The translations under genes were made by a program, and so were the position numbers. A DNA stretch of 15,120 nucleotides, from NCBI GenBank assembly GCA_050293845.1, contig JBNKNM010000131.1, positions 1 through 15,120 of the forward strand, read 5' to 3'. This DNA is from Pseudobacteriovorax sp. (GTDB taxonomy: Bacteria > Bdellovibrionota_B > Oligoflexia > Oligoflexales > Oligoflexaceae). Positions 1-8,580 of this stretch are shown piece by piece. The notes beneath the pieces were generated by a model. That model worked only from the letters and a program-made list of their open reading frames with translations, had not been told where the DNA came from and searched no databases. Positions within the stretch are counted from its first letter, which is position 1; each line of letters begins with the position of its first letter.

Positions 1-101
1 CCACAATGGAGGATTTCGAATCAACGATTCGATGCTCGCCGCAGGGCTTCTCCATTCCTCCCGGCCCTAAAGAGACCAGGTTTCCTGGAGAAGTTTGATG
101 A
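1..101 (+). mobile_element. iscB: 3' end of an IscB-type IS200/IS605 element (iscB C-terminal tail plus right-end hairpins), truncated by the window start
   Basis: Frame 3 reads TMEDFESTIRCSPQGFSIPPGPKETRFPGEV* (TGA 96-98). The sequence TTCCTCCCGGCCCTAAAGAGACCAGGTTTCCTGGAGAAGTTTGATGA resembles the TTCCTCCC..CTAAAG..GGTTTCC..TGATGA right ends I recall for IscB elements. It is 67/80 identical to 8696-8775, which follows a recognisable IscB C-terminus. Confidence 0.7.
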
Positions 102-156
102 ATTCAGCAGGAAAGGTATCTTCACAATATGGTAGTATATACACTTTAGCCAGGCA

Positions 157-1572
157 TTGGAGAAGATTGTGGCATTGACAAAAATACCCTCTCCCCCTAG
201 GCAACCTATCATTGGTAATTTGCCTCAGCTTTACGGAAGCAATACAATTCAAAAACTAGTCAAATTAGCTGATGATTTTGATGGTATTTACTCAGTTAAA
301 TTACCTGGAGCCACCTTTTACGTCGTTACAAAGTATGAACTGGTCGATGAGATATGCAATGAAAAGAAGTTTAGAAAAGTCGTGTCTGGTGTATTAGGTG
401 AGCTGCGGAATGTTGTAGGCGATGCTTTATTTACCGCTCAGACACACGAACCAAATTGGCAAAAAGCCCATAATATATTGATGCCTGGGTTTGGTATGCC
501 GGCTATGAAATCCTATATTTCAACTATGAACAAAGTATCACAAGAACTCGTAGATAAGTGGAGTCAGAGACAGGGTGAACCAATAGACGTCTCAGAAGAT
601 ATGACACGATTAACTTTAGAAACTATTGGGCGCTGTGGTTTTGACTATTCCTTCCATAGTTTTAATAGAGATGAGTTAGATCCATTTGTTTATGCAATGT
701 CTCGTTGTTTGGAAGAGTCTCTGGAACGCGTAAAACGCACTTCCCTACAAAAAGCAATTTCTTTTGCTAAAAATAGACAATTTAAAGAAGATATTGAAAT
801 ATTATACCGGACAGTGGACGACGTTATACGGTCAAGGATGCAGAATCCGAAAAAATATGAAGGTAAACAAGATTTTTTATCCTTAATGTTAAATGGTATT
901 GATAAGAAAACTGGCGAAAAGCTTGACGAAAAGAATATTCGATTTCAACTCCTCACATTTCTTATTGCGGGGCATGAAACGACAAGTGGACTACTGAGCT
1001 TTGCTATATATTTTCTTCTGTCAAACCCAGAAATCCTAGAAAAAACATATTTAGAAATCGACAATGTCTTAGGACCTGATACTGATTTTTCTCCTGACTT
1101 TAAAACGGTCAGCCAACTTTCTTACTGCAGACAAGTTCTACAAGAGTCACTTCGTATTTGGCCCACGGCACCGGCATTTACCCTAGCTCCATATGAAGAT
1201 TATGTACTTAATGGAAAGTATTTAATTAAGAAAGATGAACGGTGTGCCATCCTTCCAAAAGTTCTCCATCAAGAAAAGAGTATTTGGGGAGATGATGTCG
1301 CAATATTTAATCCGGATCATTTCTCTGCTATCAATCAAAAGAAATTACCGAAAAATGCATTCAAACCATTCGGTCATGGTTCTAGGATTTGTATAGGTCA
1401 ACACTTCGCACTGACTGAAGCTACTATAGCCTTGGTAACGATTCTCAAAAATTTCGAAATAACTAAAGACCCAAGCTATAAGCTGCGTATTTTGGAAACT
1501 ATTACACTCAAGCCAGAAGGCTTATACATTACAGTGAAAAAGCGATCCCATCAACTGTATCAGAAAATCTAG
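157..1572 (+). CDS. Cytochrome P450, CYP102 (P450 BM3)-like haem domain without a fused reductase
   Basis: 471-aa ORF with I-helix FLIAGHETTSGLLSF, ExxR (ESLR), haem motif FKPFGHGSRICIG, and GDALFTAQTHEPNWQKAHNILMP, all BM3-like. GGAG at 159-162 suggests the true start may be GTG at 169. Confidence 0.95.
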   Translation: MEKIVALTKIPSPPRQPIIGNLPQLYGSNTIQKLVKLADDFDGIYSVKLPGATFYVVTKYELVDEICNEKKFRKVVSGVLGELRNVVGDALFTAQTHEPNWQKAHNILMPGFGMPAMKSYISTMNKVSQELVDKWSQRQGEPIDVSEDMTRLTLETIGRCGFDYSFHSFNRDELDPFVYAMSRCLEESLERVKRTSLQKAISFAKNRQFKEDIEILYRTVDDVIRSRMQNPKKYEGKQDFLSLMLNGIDKKTGEKLDEKNIRFQLLTFLIAGHETTSGLLSFAIYFLLSNPEILEKTYLEIDNVLGPDTDFSPDFKTVSQLSYCRQVLQESLRIWPTAPAFTLAPYEDYVLNGKYLIKKDERCAILPKVLHQEKSIWGDDVAIFNPDHFSAINQKKLPKNAFKPFGHGSRICIGQHFALTEATIALVTILKNFEITKDPSYKLRILETITLKPEGLYITVKKRSHQLYQKI

Positions 1573-1831
1573 TATTCAGTTACTTCCGATGAAAATATCT
1601 TTAATACATAGCAAACATTAAGTGATATGGTTCTGTCAATTTTCGTTCTTTAATTAAAGACAAAAAGAATCGCACTTCTCAGTTCCTAAAAAACAGCGAT
1701 CATTTTTTGAAACTGAACAATTTAAACGCAAGTATCCTACGTTTTTCTTTAAGTGATATAATTGATGAACTCAAACGAACCATTAGAAAAGATAAATTGG
1801 AAAGAACTCGTTAGGAAAAGATGCATCGATT

Positions 1832-2269
1832 ATGAATCAACTTCTACTATAAATAGTAAAAAATGAGCTAGGCACCAAGGAAATACCTGGTGCTGAGAGT
1901 AATCCACGGATCCTTCACTATGCAAGGTGTGCTGGATTAGATTGGGTCAAAAATGATGAAACTTCTTGGTGCGGGATATTTGCTGGATTTTGCTTGTCTC
2001 AAATTCCTGAATACATGCGCCCCGATTGACCAAAAGCCAAAGCCGCTACTGCAAGGAAGTGGCTAAACCACGGTGTAAATGTACCATTGGAAAAAGCGAA
2101 ACCAGGAGATATTGTGATCTTTTGGAAAGAAAGTCCCGAGTCCTGGAAAGGGCATGTTACTTTGTTTTTAGATCAAAATCGAGTTCTATGTCTTGGCGAG
2201 AATCAAGGGAACGCCGTTAGAGAAGAATGGTTTAAGAAAGATAGGCTTTTAGGAATTAGGAGATACTAA
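1832..2269 (+). pseudogene. TIGR02594-family (NlpC/P60/CHAP-like putative peptidoglycan hydrolase) pseudogene with two in-frame stops
   Basis: One frame from ATG 1832 reads MNQLLL*IVKNELGTKEIPGAESNPRILHY..DETSWCGIFAGFCL..RPD*..ARKWL..PGDIVIFW..WKGHV..LGENQGNAV..RLLGIRRY*. Stops are TAA 1850-1852 and TGA 2027-2029. The DETxWC, GHV and GxNQ motifs are characteristic of the family. Confidence 0.85.
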
Positions 2270-2493
2270 CTCTTTCTCAACAGCCTTTTTTGCCCCAAGC
2301 TTGATAGGTGAAGCCACAACCAGACATTAGTAATTTCTGCAACTTTTAATTCTTGCAGAATACCTCCTAATAGGGGTATTTTTGCGAAATACGATGGTTT
2401 TTTTCTGGTTGGACTCCGGAGCTCAGTTTCATCGTCGTTGTCCATCAGTTGCACCAAAGCCAAAATTGGTAGGGATAGGGTCGAAGCTTTCAA
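2266..2493 (-). other. Short ORF, possibly a degenerate secretin (GspD/CpaC-like) C-terminal fragment
   Basis: LMDNDDETELRS..KKPSYFAKIPLLGGIL loosely resembles the secretin 'KVPxLGDIPxLGxLF' segment. It has a TTG start and no other support. Confidence 0.2.
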
Positions 2494-2630
2494 GAAAAAT
2501 CCTGTTTCCTTAGAATGTGCATGGTCTAGGAATTTGTCAAATGTTCAACTGGCCAATACAACTTATTGGTGTTAAGAAGAGTCTTATGATTGGTTATTTG
2601 TACGCCCGTGATTCTACCATGTATTTGCTT

Positions 2631-3299
2631 TTAAGCTTTAATTGCATACACAAAAATACAATCATTCGTCTTGCCCCTTTCTTGTTTATGATCTTTTACT
2701 ATAAAGCCGTGATGCCACACTTCATCAAGAATATCTTCCGGACTAGCAAGGTAGCGTTGTGCAATACCATTAAGCATCATTACCTTACTTTCTTCATTAT
2801 AATTTGCTTCTAGGGTAGGGTCATTTCTTATGGGAGAGCACATCGTATTTATAAAAAAAAGACCTCCAGGTTTTAAAACTCTATAGACTTCAGAAAAGAC
2901 CTTATGGCGATCGTCTCCAATGATACAGTGCATGAGATGCGCGTCAAAAACAATATCAAACATTGCATTATTGAATGGAGTCAATGCTATAACATTGCCT
3001 TCAATAAATTTGATATCTAGCGATTTCTTTTTCGCTTTTTTTCGTGCCCATTCGATAGCAGTAGGAGATATTTCGATACCTGCAACGCTATATCCTTTTT
3101 TAGAAAGGAGCAAACTCATATCTCCTGCTCCTGAACCAAGTTCTAGCAAATCCCCCGATCTAGGAAAGATTGGATGCGAGGTGAATTCATCGATCTCTTT
3201 TATAATTTTACAAAGCTCCTCTTGAGTATTCCAACCCTGATATCCTAATTTTTTCCTTTTCTTATAAAGCGCATCATGACCAAAGTAGTTTTTTTTCAT
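2631..3299 (-). CDS. Class I SAM-dependent methyltransferase
   Basis: 222 aa with motif I LLELGSGAG, GIEISPTAI, FDIVFD and VYRVLKPGGLFFI. GGGGAG RBS just upstream of the ATG. Confidence 0.92.
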   Translation of the reverse strand: MKKNYFGHDALYKKRKKLGYQGWNTQEELCKIIKEIDEFTSHPIFPRSGDLLELGSGAGDMSLLLSKKGYSVAGIEISPTAIEWARKKAKKKSLDIKFIEGNVIALTPFNNAMFDIVFDAHLMHCIIGDDRHKVFSEVYRVLKPGGLFFINTMCSPIRNDPTLEANYNEESKVMMLNGIAQRYLASPEDILDEVWHHGFIVKDHKQERGKTNDCIFVYAIKA

Positions 3300-3498
3300 T
3301 TGATCTCCCCAAAATTTTTATTCAACTATTATAAAGCTTATACATGAGAAAATATTAAAATTTCATCAGCTTGCTGGTCCGCTAATAGTTTTATATTGTT
3401 AGGAAGTTCCGATTATGCTATATTTTCTCGCTAGTAACTTTGGTTGACTTTGAATTATTGTCAGTTATAAGTATGATTTGCACGAGTGAGAAACCTGC

Positions 3499-3651
3499 TT
3501 AAGCTGCAATCTTATTCAATTTATCTAGCCCTAGCTTGATCAATGGTAGACTCATGTGAATTTTTATTGGTGCAAAATTACCATTTCATTTGGATAACTC
3601 AAGATCAATCTTTCCACCAAACTCATCAATACTAGCCTTTATAGCATCCAT
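3499..3651 (-). pseudogene. Remnant of a CheA-like histidine kinase ATPase C-terminus
   Basis: Minus strand reads MDAIK/ASIDEFGGKIDLELSK*NGNFAPIKIHMSLP..* with one frameshift and one stop. This resembles the '(GxG)MDAVK...GGxIxI...F.I.LP' end of HATPase_c domains. Confidence 0.4.
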
Positions 3652-3813
3652 CTGACATTCGGCAGTACAATTGTAAAAATGGTCTTTTAGGAAATAACCA
3701 AATCAGAGATAATGACTAAAACTAGAAAAATCACCCAGTTCTATTGAGGTCACCGGTGGAGATTTAAAACCCGTGAACAACGCTAATTCTCGTATAAATA
3801 AATTTAACCTTCG

Positions 3814-5856
3814 TTACTTAAGCCTAACTATCCGATAGTGATTATCTGCTTCAAAGGGACCAGGGTAGGTCGATGTAGAACTATCAGGCCAGCTAACTTC
3901 AATTTCATCTATGGAATCGATTTTCCCAAGTCCAAAGTAGGCGACAGTTGGATCAAAGCTCATATATCCACCACTGGCCTTAATTTCTCGCACCTGAGCC
4001 ATGGAACCATTGTTTGATCTTACAATTATTTTTGCACCGACCCCATAGTGGTTTCCTTTCTGATCAACTAGGCTTACAGCTATACTATGGTTGTTTCCAG
4101 TAGAATTGTTTAGGTAGACTTGCACAGGACCCTCAGCGGAGTTTCCGATAATATCAAGATCTCCATCATTGTCCAAATCAATATTTACAAAAGAATACAG
4201 ACCAAAGTCAGAGGTAAAACCTTCTGTGAATTGGCGCTGTTCGAAACGTTCGCCATTAATGTTCTTCATCAAAACATTCCAGCCATAGTCATCCGTGCGA
4301 ATGGTGCCATCCGCAGTTACTATATCCTGCCATCCATCGTTATCCATATCGACAATTTTACTATTCCATGTCCAACCACCTGGATGTTTGAATCCGGTAA
4401 CCATTTCAAGAGTTTTAGATTCTGTGTTAAATTTATAGAGCATATTGCGATCATCCTGAGGGATACTGCCATAAAGATCACGCCTTTCTAACTTTCGTTC
4501 TCGAATTTGCAGGATTTGACATATAGTTAGAAGTCTTTCGTCAGCACCGTACTCACCTTCACAGTCTGTGGGATTTTCTTTTTCTGTGATAAGAGTCCAC
4601 ATTTTTTTGGTGAGGCAAATATCCTTTTGGGTTGCATCAGTAATATGAACGCAAGTGTCAGGGGTTTCATTCTTATTTTTATGGGTCATAATTTGAGTTC
4701 TATCTAGACCTTGGATATAATTGGTACTTCGAATTTTAATACAGTGCGCTCGAAATTCATCATTTTTGATAGAATTGCATGTCTCAACATTCCCTTTAAA
4801 TTGACTATATTCTGAGACATCGCGACCATCGATAGGTCCCTTCCCCACATAGGGAGCGGAGTACATGGTGCCTGTGACTAAAAAATCAAGATTAAGGTCG
4901 TTATTGATATCTCCCGTGTCCGCTCCCATAGAGAAAAAAGGAGTGTAGGGAATAAATTGATTGCCTTTGACCTCATGGTATCCAGATTCTGTTCCTAGCA
5001 GGATTTTATCAGCGATCATAAAATCGTTTCCAAAGTAAATATCCGATATCCCATCATTGTTAAAATCTGATATAAGGGTTGCCATTGTCTCTCCAGAATC
5101 AGACTCTACTTCAACCTCTTTGAAGTTTAGATTATGATTAAATACAATAGAATTTTGGCGTCGAGTATCCACAACATAGAAACCTGTAACAACACCTAGC
5201 GCGATATTGCCGTTAACAACATCTAAATATCCATCTTTATCTAAATCTGAAAATGCTGGACTTAGGGTTAAAACTCCATTTCGATTGGCAATGGGAATAA
5301 GTTTCTTATCATCAAATTTACCACTATTATTTAGGATTATAAAGTTGCCTTCATTGAAAGTAGTAAAGAAGATATCCAGCCATCCATCGTTATTAAGGTC
5401 CACAAATGCAACCGCAAAAATCTTCATTTTCTTGATGGAATCATTCTCAATAACCTGTTGTTCAAATTTTCCACCAATGTTCCTATATAGTTGAAATCCG
5501 GTGTTAGAGCCAAAAATAATATCTGGCCAACCATCTTTGTCGTAATCACCACTGGCAGTACCTCTTCCAAACCAAAATGGATCTGTATAATCTCGAATGT
5601 CATATATATAGCCCTGGTCAAGACCAATCACTTGGCCCTCTACTCTTTGGAAACCCATTAATTCTGTGGACGGTTTAGAAAAGAATGGAGAGTTGTAGAT
5701 TTTCGTTTCGTCTGTCATACGAAAAGGCATAAAATTTACAGTTTTGGCACTAAGAGGTGTAAGCTGCACTGAAAAATAGCGGAAAAATATAATACCTGCC
5801 ACAAAAAAGCAGATTATCGTAAAGCTAGATAATTTGATTGCTCTTGATGTTTTCAT
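3814..5856 (-). CDS. CRTAC1-family FG-GAP repeat protein with C-terminal ASPIC/UnbV domain; membrane-anchored or secreted
   Basis: 680 aa with an N-terminal hydrophobic helix. Repeated DxDxDGxxD Ca-binding motifs: DYDKDGWPD, DLNNDGWLD, DLDKDGYLD, DFNNDGISD, DINNDLNLD, DMDNDGWQD, DLDNDGDLD. C-terminal GVGAKI..QVREIKASGGYMS..AYFGLG..IEVSWPD is ASPIC/UnbV-like. Confidence 0.92.
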   Translation of the reverse strand: MKTSRAIKLSSFTIICFFVAGIIFFRYFSVQLTPLSAKTVNFMPFRMTDETKIYNSPFFSKPSTELMGFQRVEGQVIGLDQGYIYDIRDYTDPFWFGRGTASGDYDKDGWPDIIFGSNTGFQLYRNIGGKFEQQVIENDSIKKMKIFAVAFVDLNNDGWLDIFFTTFNEGNFIILNNSGKFDDKKLIPIANRNGVLTLSPAFSDLDKDGYLDVVNGNIALGVVTGFYVVDTRRQNSIVFNHNLNFKEVEVESDSGETMATLISDFNNDGISDIYFGNDFMIADKILLGTESGYHEVKGNQFIPYTPFFSMGADTGDINNDLNLDFLVTGTMYSAPYVGKGPIDGRDVSEYSQFKGNVETCNSIKNDEFRAHCIKIRSTNYIQGLDRTQIMTHKNKNETPDTCVHITDATQKDICLTKKMWTLITEKENPTDCEGEYGADERLLTICQILQIRERKLERRDLYGSIPQDDRNMLYKFNTESKTLEMVTGFKHPGGWTWNSKIVDMDNDGWQDIVTADGTIRTDDYGWNVLMKNINGERFEQRQFTEGFTSDFGLYSFVNIDLDNDGDLDIIGNSAEGPVQVYLNNSTGNNHSIAVSLVDQKGNHYGVGAKIIVRSNNGSMAQVREIKASGGYMSFDPTVAYFGLGKIDSIDEIEVSWPDSSTSTYPGPFEADNHYRIVRLK

Positions 5857-5869
5857 TGTTCTATTAATC

Positions 5870-7273
5870 TCATTTCAATTTAAACCAGTCGATAAGGCAA
5901 TTCATTTGCTTAGTGCATGGATCTGTTAAAGAGATCAGAAACTCATAAATTTGATTCACATGCTGTTCATTAATAGGAAAAGAATATAACTGACTCTTTC
6001 CTTCCTTTTGAAGACTATTGAGCTGATTCATGGCTGCAAGAGTATTTTCCTTAGCATGAGAATTTTGAATTTTCATATCCAAATGAGCTAAGCTATAATC
6101 GAAATTTGATAGAGACTTTTGAGGGTTCATCATATGCTTGATGACAGATTTTAAGTTTTTATAGGCCCCAGCATGCCCATAGGGTCCTGTGACCTCAACA
6201 TTGATAAGAGTTGGTGTACGAAAGGCAAATTTATGCTTCGGATCGCCCGTTAGTACGTAACGACCAAAGTCGTTATCTTCATACTTACCATCATCTTTAC
6301 CTTTTCCAATCTGAGGCATTGCGGTGACGTGAAAAGATTCATCAGTAAAAAAATCGCCTGAATGGCATCCGGAACAACCATAGCCGCCCTGCTCCCGGCT
6401 TTTAAAGAAAAGCAAAGCGCCCTTTTTGGCTTCTTGGGATAATGCCGTCAGATCACCATTTACATAGTATTTCCAGGGAGTTTCGACAAATATTTGACTG
6501 GCTTCGTAAGCACCAATAGCTTTTGCGATATTTTCGAAGGTAAACAACTGACTGGCTGGTAGAGAACTACCAAATACTGCTCGAAAGTCGCTGAGCCAAT
6601 TACTTTGGTCCTCTTCAAGGCGTTTGGCAAGGGTATTGCGTAAAAGCTCAGGGTCTTCATCTTTGAGAAAATAGCCACGCATTTCATTTTCCGATGTCAC
6701 AGGAAAAGACGATTGGGCTTCTAGTAGATTTGCGGCGCGGATGCGAGACATCCCCATGCTTGTATCTGGCGACCGCAGATAGCGATGGCCTTGGCCATTC
6801 ATTCCTGGAGGAGCGTCTATAGCTTCCACACGACAATCCCAAAACATACATTTATTATAGAAAACTGTGTTAAACGTAGAAAGTGAATTTCTGGGTACGT
6901 TGGGACCAGCATCAATGTCAATGGTGTGTTGAGATTGCTTCCGACCCAGGCCAATCACATCGGGATCAACAGCATTAATGCCTATCGGTAATGGAAGAGA
7001 AGCACCTCATCCTAAAATTGGGTGATGGCAGGTAACACAAGCAACTTCATCTTGTCCCGATAGCTTGGTGGTAAAGAAAAGTCTTTTCCCCAATTGCGCC
7101 ATTGGAGATTTTATATCAACTTTGGGCATGGCTAGTATGGGTTGGCCTTGTAGATTATAATCTTTTATTATCTTCCTTAACTGAACGTCGACATTGCTAT
7201 TAATTTCTCTAGCAAAACTAACAAACGGCAGTAGGGACAAAAAAGAAATTGATATTATGATTTTATATTGCAT
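5870..7273 (-). pseudogene. Di-haem cytochrome c peroxidase (CCP/MauG family) interrupted by a single in-frame TGA at 7007-7009
   Basis: ORFs 7007..7339 and 5870..6958 are in the same frame: LGKRLFFTTKLSGQDEVACVTCHHPILG*GASLPLPIGINAVDPDVIGLGR. It has two CxxCH motifs (CVTCH, CSGCH), PRNS, FWDxR and FRTPTLINVEVTGPYGHAG. A signal peptide follows the likely start ATG 7273 (MQYKIIISISFLSLLPFVSFA). Confidence 0.9.
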
Positions 7274-7639
7274 AGATACATGCGTTAATCTCTCTAATAC
7301 TCTAGAATTGATAGATTTTTTGCCAAAAAAAAATTTCAATGCTTTTTGCCTTAAGCTTGATATTAATCATTCGAAGTTGCCTTATCGGAAATACTATGCG
7401 CATTATTTAGCAAGAAACATAGAATGTGGTTATAACTGTGTTAGGTCCCACAATATTCAATATTTTTTATTCTGGAACATTGGAAATTACCTAAACAATA
7501 AAAATAAAGTATTACCCACATAAAGAGTGAATGACGTATTGAATTCACTACAATATTTAATTTTCAAGCGACAAAACTTCAAAACTTCCCGGAGGTCAAT
7601 TTTATTTAGGATTATAAATATCTCACTACTTTTCGAGTA

Positions 7640-7930
7640 CTAGTCTTCGTCGATATTATATTTTATAGTTAGAAAACTCGAAACTTGCTGGATATACTCT
7701 TCTGACAGCTCCCTATTATATAAAATAAATTCAGAAAATTGACCGGCAAATCGAAAGTTTTCTATAGGTCCAGCATTTCCGATTTTTAGAAATGAATCTG
7801 CTAGAATACTTAAAAAACCAGCATGATCTTCCTTAGAGAAATTTCCATTTCTACACCATTTATGTAGGCTCTTCTAGCAAGACTCGCAGTATCACTACCA
7901 TTGTAGGTAAAAAATGGATCGGTTACTTCG
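7640..7930 (-). pseudogene. C-terminal remnant of a LamG/concanavalin-like jelly-roll domain protein
   Basis: Minus strand reads FTYNGSD..RAYINGVE, then a frameshift near 7835, then FLKIGNAGPIENFRFAGQFSEFILYNRELSEEYIQQVSSFLTIKYNIDED* (TAG 7642-7640). This matches the LamG-like F-x-G-x-I-x-E-xx-IYNR-x-LS..YL..KY pattern. Confidence 0.7.
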
Positions 7931-8242
7931 GCCCTTTTGGGTAATAAAGAATCCTAAATCAGCCCGAGATTAACAGTTAAATACTGAACCGGTTTTTCGA
8001 TATCATAGTACTCAAAGAACTAAATCTACAACGTGATAAAACTCTTCCTTGGTTATTTTTAACTGTCCTTTTGGAGTATCATAGACCTAATAATACATGC
8101 CTGAAAGTGAATTCTTTTTTGATGTTGCCTCTTTTATAATTAAGGTTTCAATAATTTTCTATTTATATTTTTTTACATCAAGAATGATTGCTTCAATAAG
8201 TATGTTTTTGGAGCGTTTACTTTATATTTTGAGGTTAAATTA

Positions 8243-8430
8243 GGTGTCATCCGCCGTGCTGGGAGCTTAGAATCTCAGGAACGGCACCAACTCTTGCGAC
8301 CACGGGTTATCGAGGTGACCCCGAATCATTTTTGTGAAGCACCTTCTTCTATAATTAGTTTACCAACACTAAATGATAGGTAATCTTATATATGCAATGA
8401 TGATATAATATTATTTTTATTGTTGACACT
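8243..8430 (+). mobile_element. Probable orphan IS110-family left-end non-coding region with a degenerate transposase start
   Basis: GC-rich structured island in AT-rich DNA. Stems GCCGT 8253-8257/ACGGC 8281-8285 and CTGGGA/TCTCAG; hairpin GGGTTAT-CGAG-GTGACCC 8304-8321. GGGAGCTTAGAATCTCAG..GGCACCAACTCTTGCGACCA..GACCCCG.ATCA..TGTGA.GC matches IS110 left ends as I recall them. It is followed by TATAAT 8350-8355, AGGT, ATG 8392 and broken ILF../IVDT codons resembling the 'ILFIGLDTHK' start of IS110 transposases. Confidence 0.45.
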
Positions 8431-8580
8431 ATACTACCTCCTATCTATTCTCTAGCTCAAAAGATAAGGAATTGCAGTCGCAACAAGAGCCCTAACAATA
8501 AGGATAAAAGACGGTACCGCTTGTAAGGAGTTGAACCGTGTGGCTAGGGCTATTAATTTTGTCTAGAATTATGGCAACGA

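Noticed and set aside
21..252. Minus-strand ORFs 21..212 and 67..252
   Set aside because: They are antisense to the IscB end and the P450 start, with no recognisable motifs.
2026..2220. 64-aa plus-strand ORF
   Set aside because: It is an alternative frame over the TIGR02594 pseudogene.
2517..5627. ORFs 2517..2813, 2920..3225, 4120..4491, 5207..5494 and 5424..5627
   Set aside because: They are shadow frames overlapping the methyltransferase or FG-GAP genes.
1832..7273. Stop-codon reassignment (TGA=Gly, code 25, or TGA=Trp, code 4), suggested by in-frame TGAs at 2027 and 7007-7009
   Set aside because: Six long ORFs rich in Gly and Trp contain no internal TGA, and the TIGR02594 gene also has an in-frame TAA. 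Ordinary nonsense mutations explain the data.
6460..7523. ORFs 6460..6687 and 7194..7523
   Set aside because: They overlap the peroxidase or its AT-rich upstream region and have no motifs or RBS.
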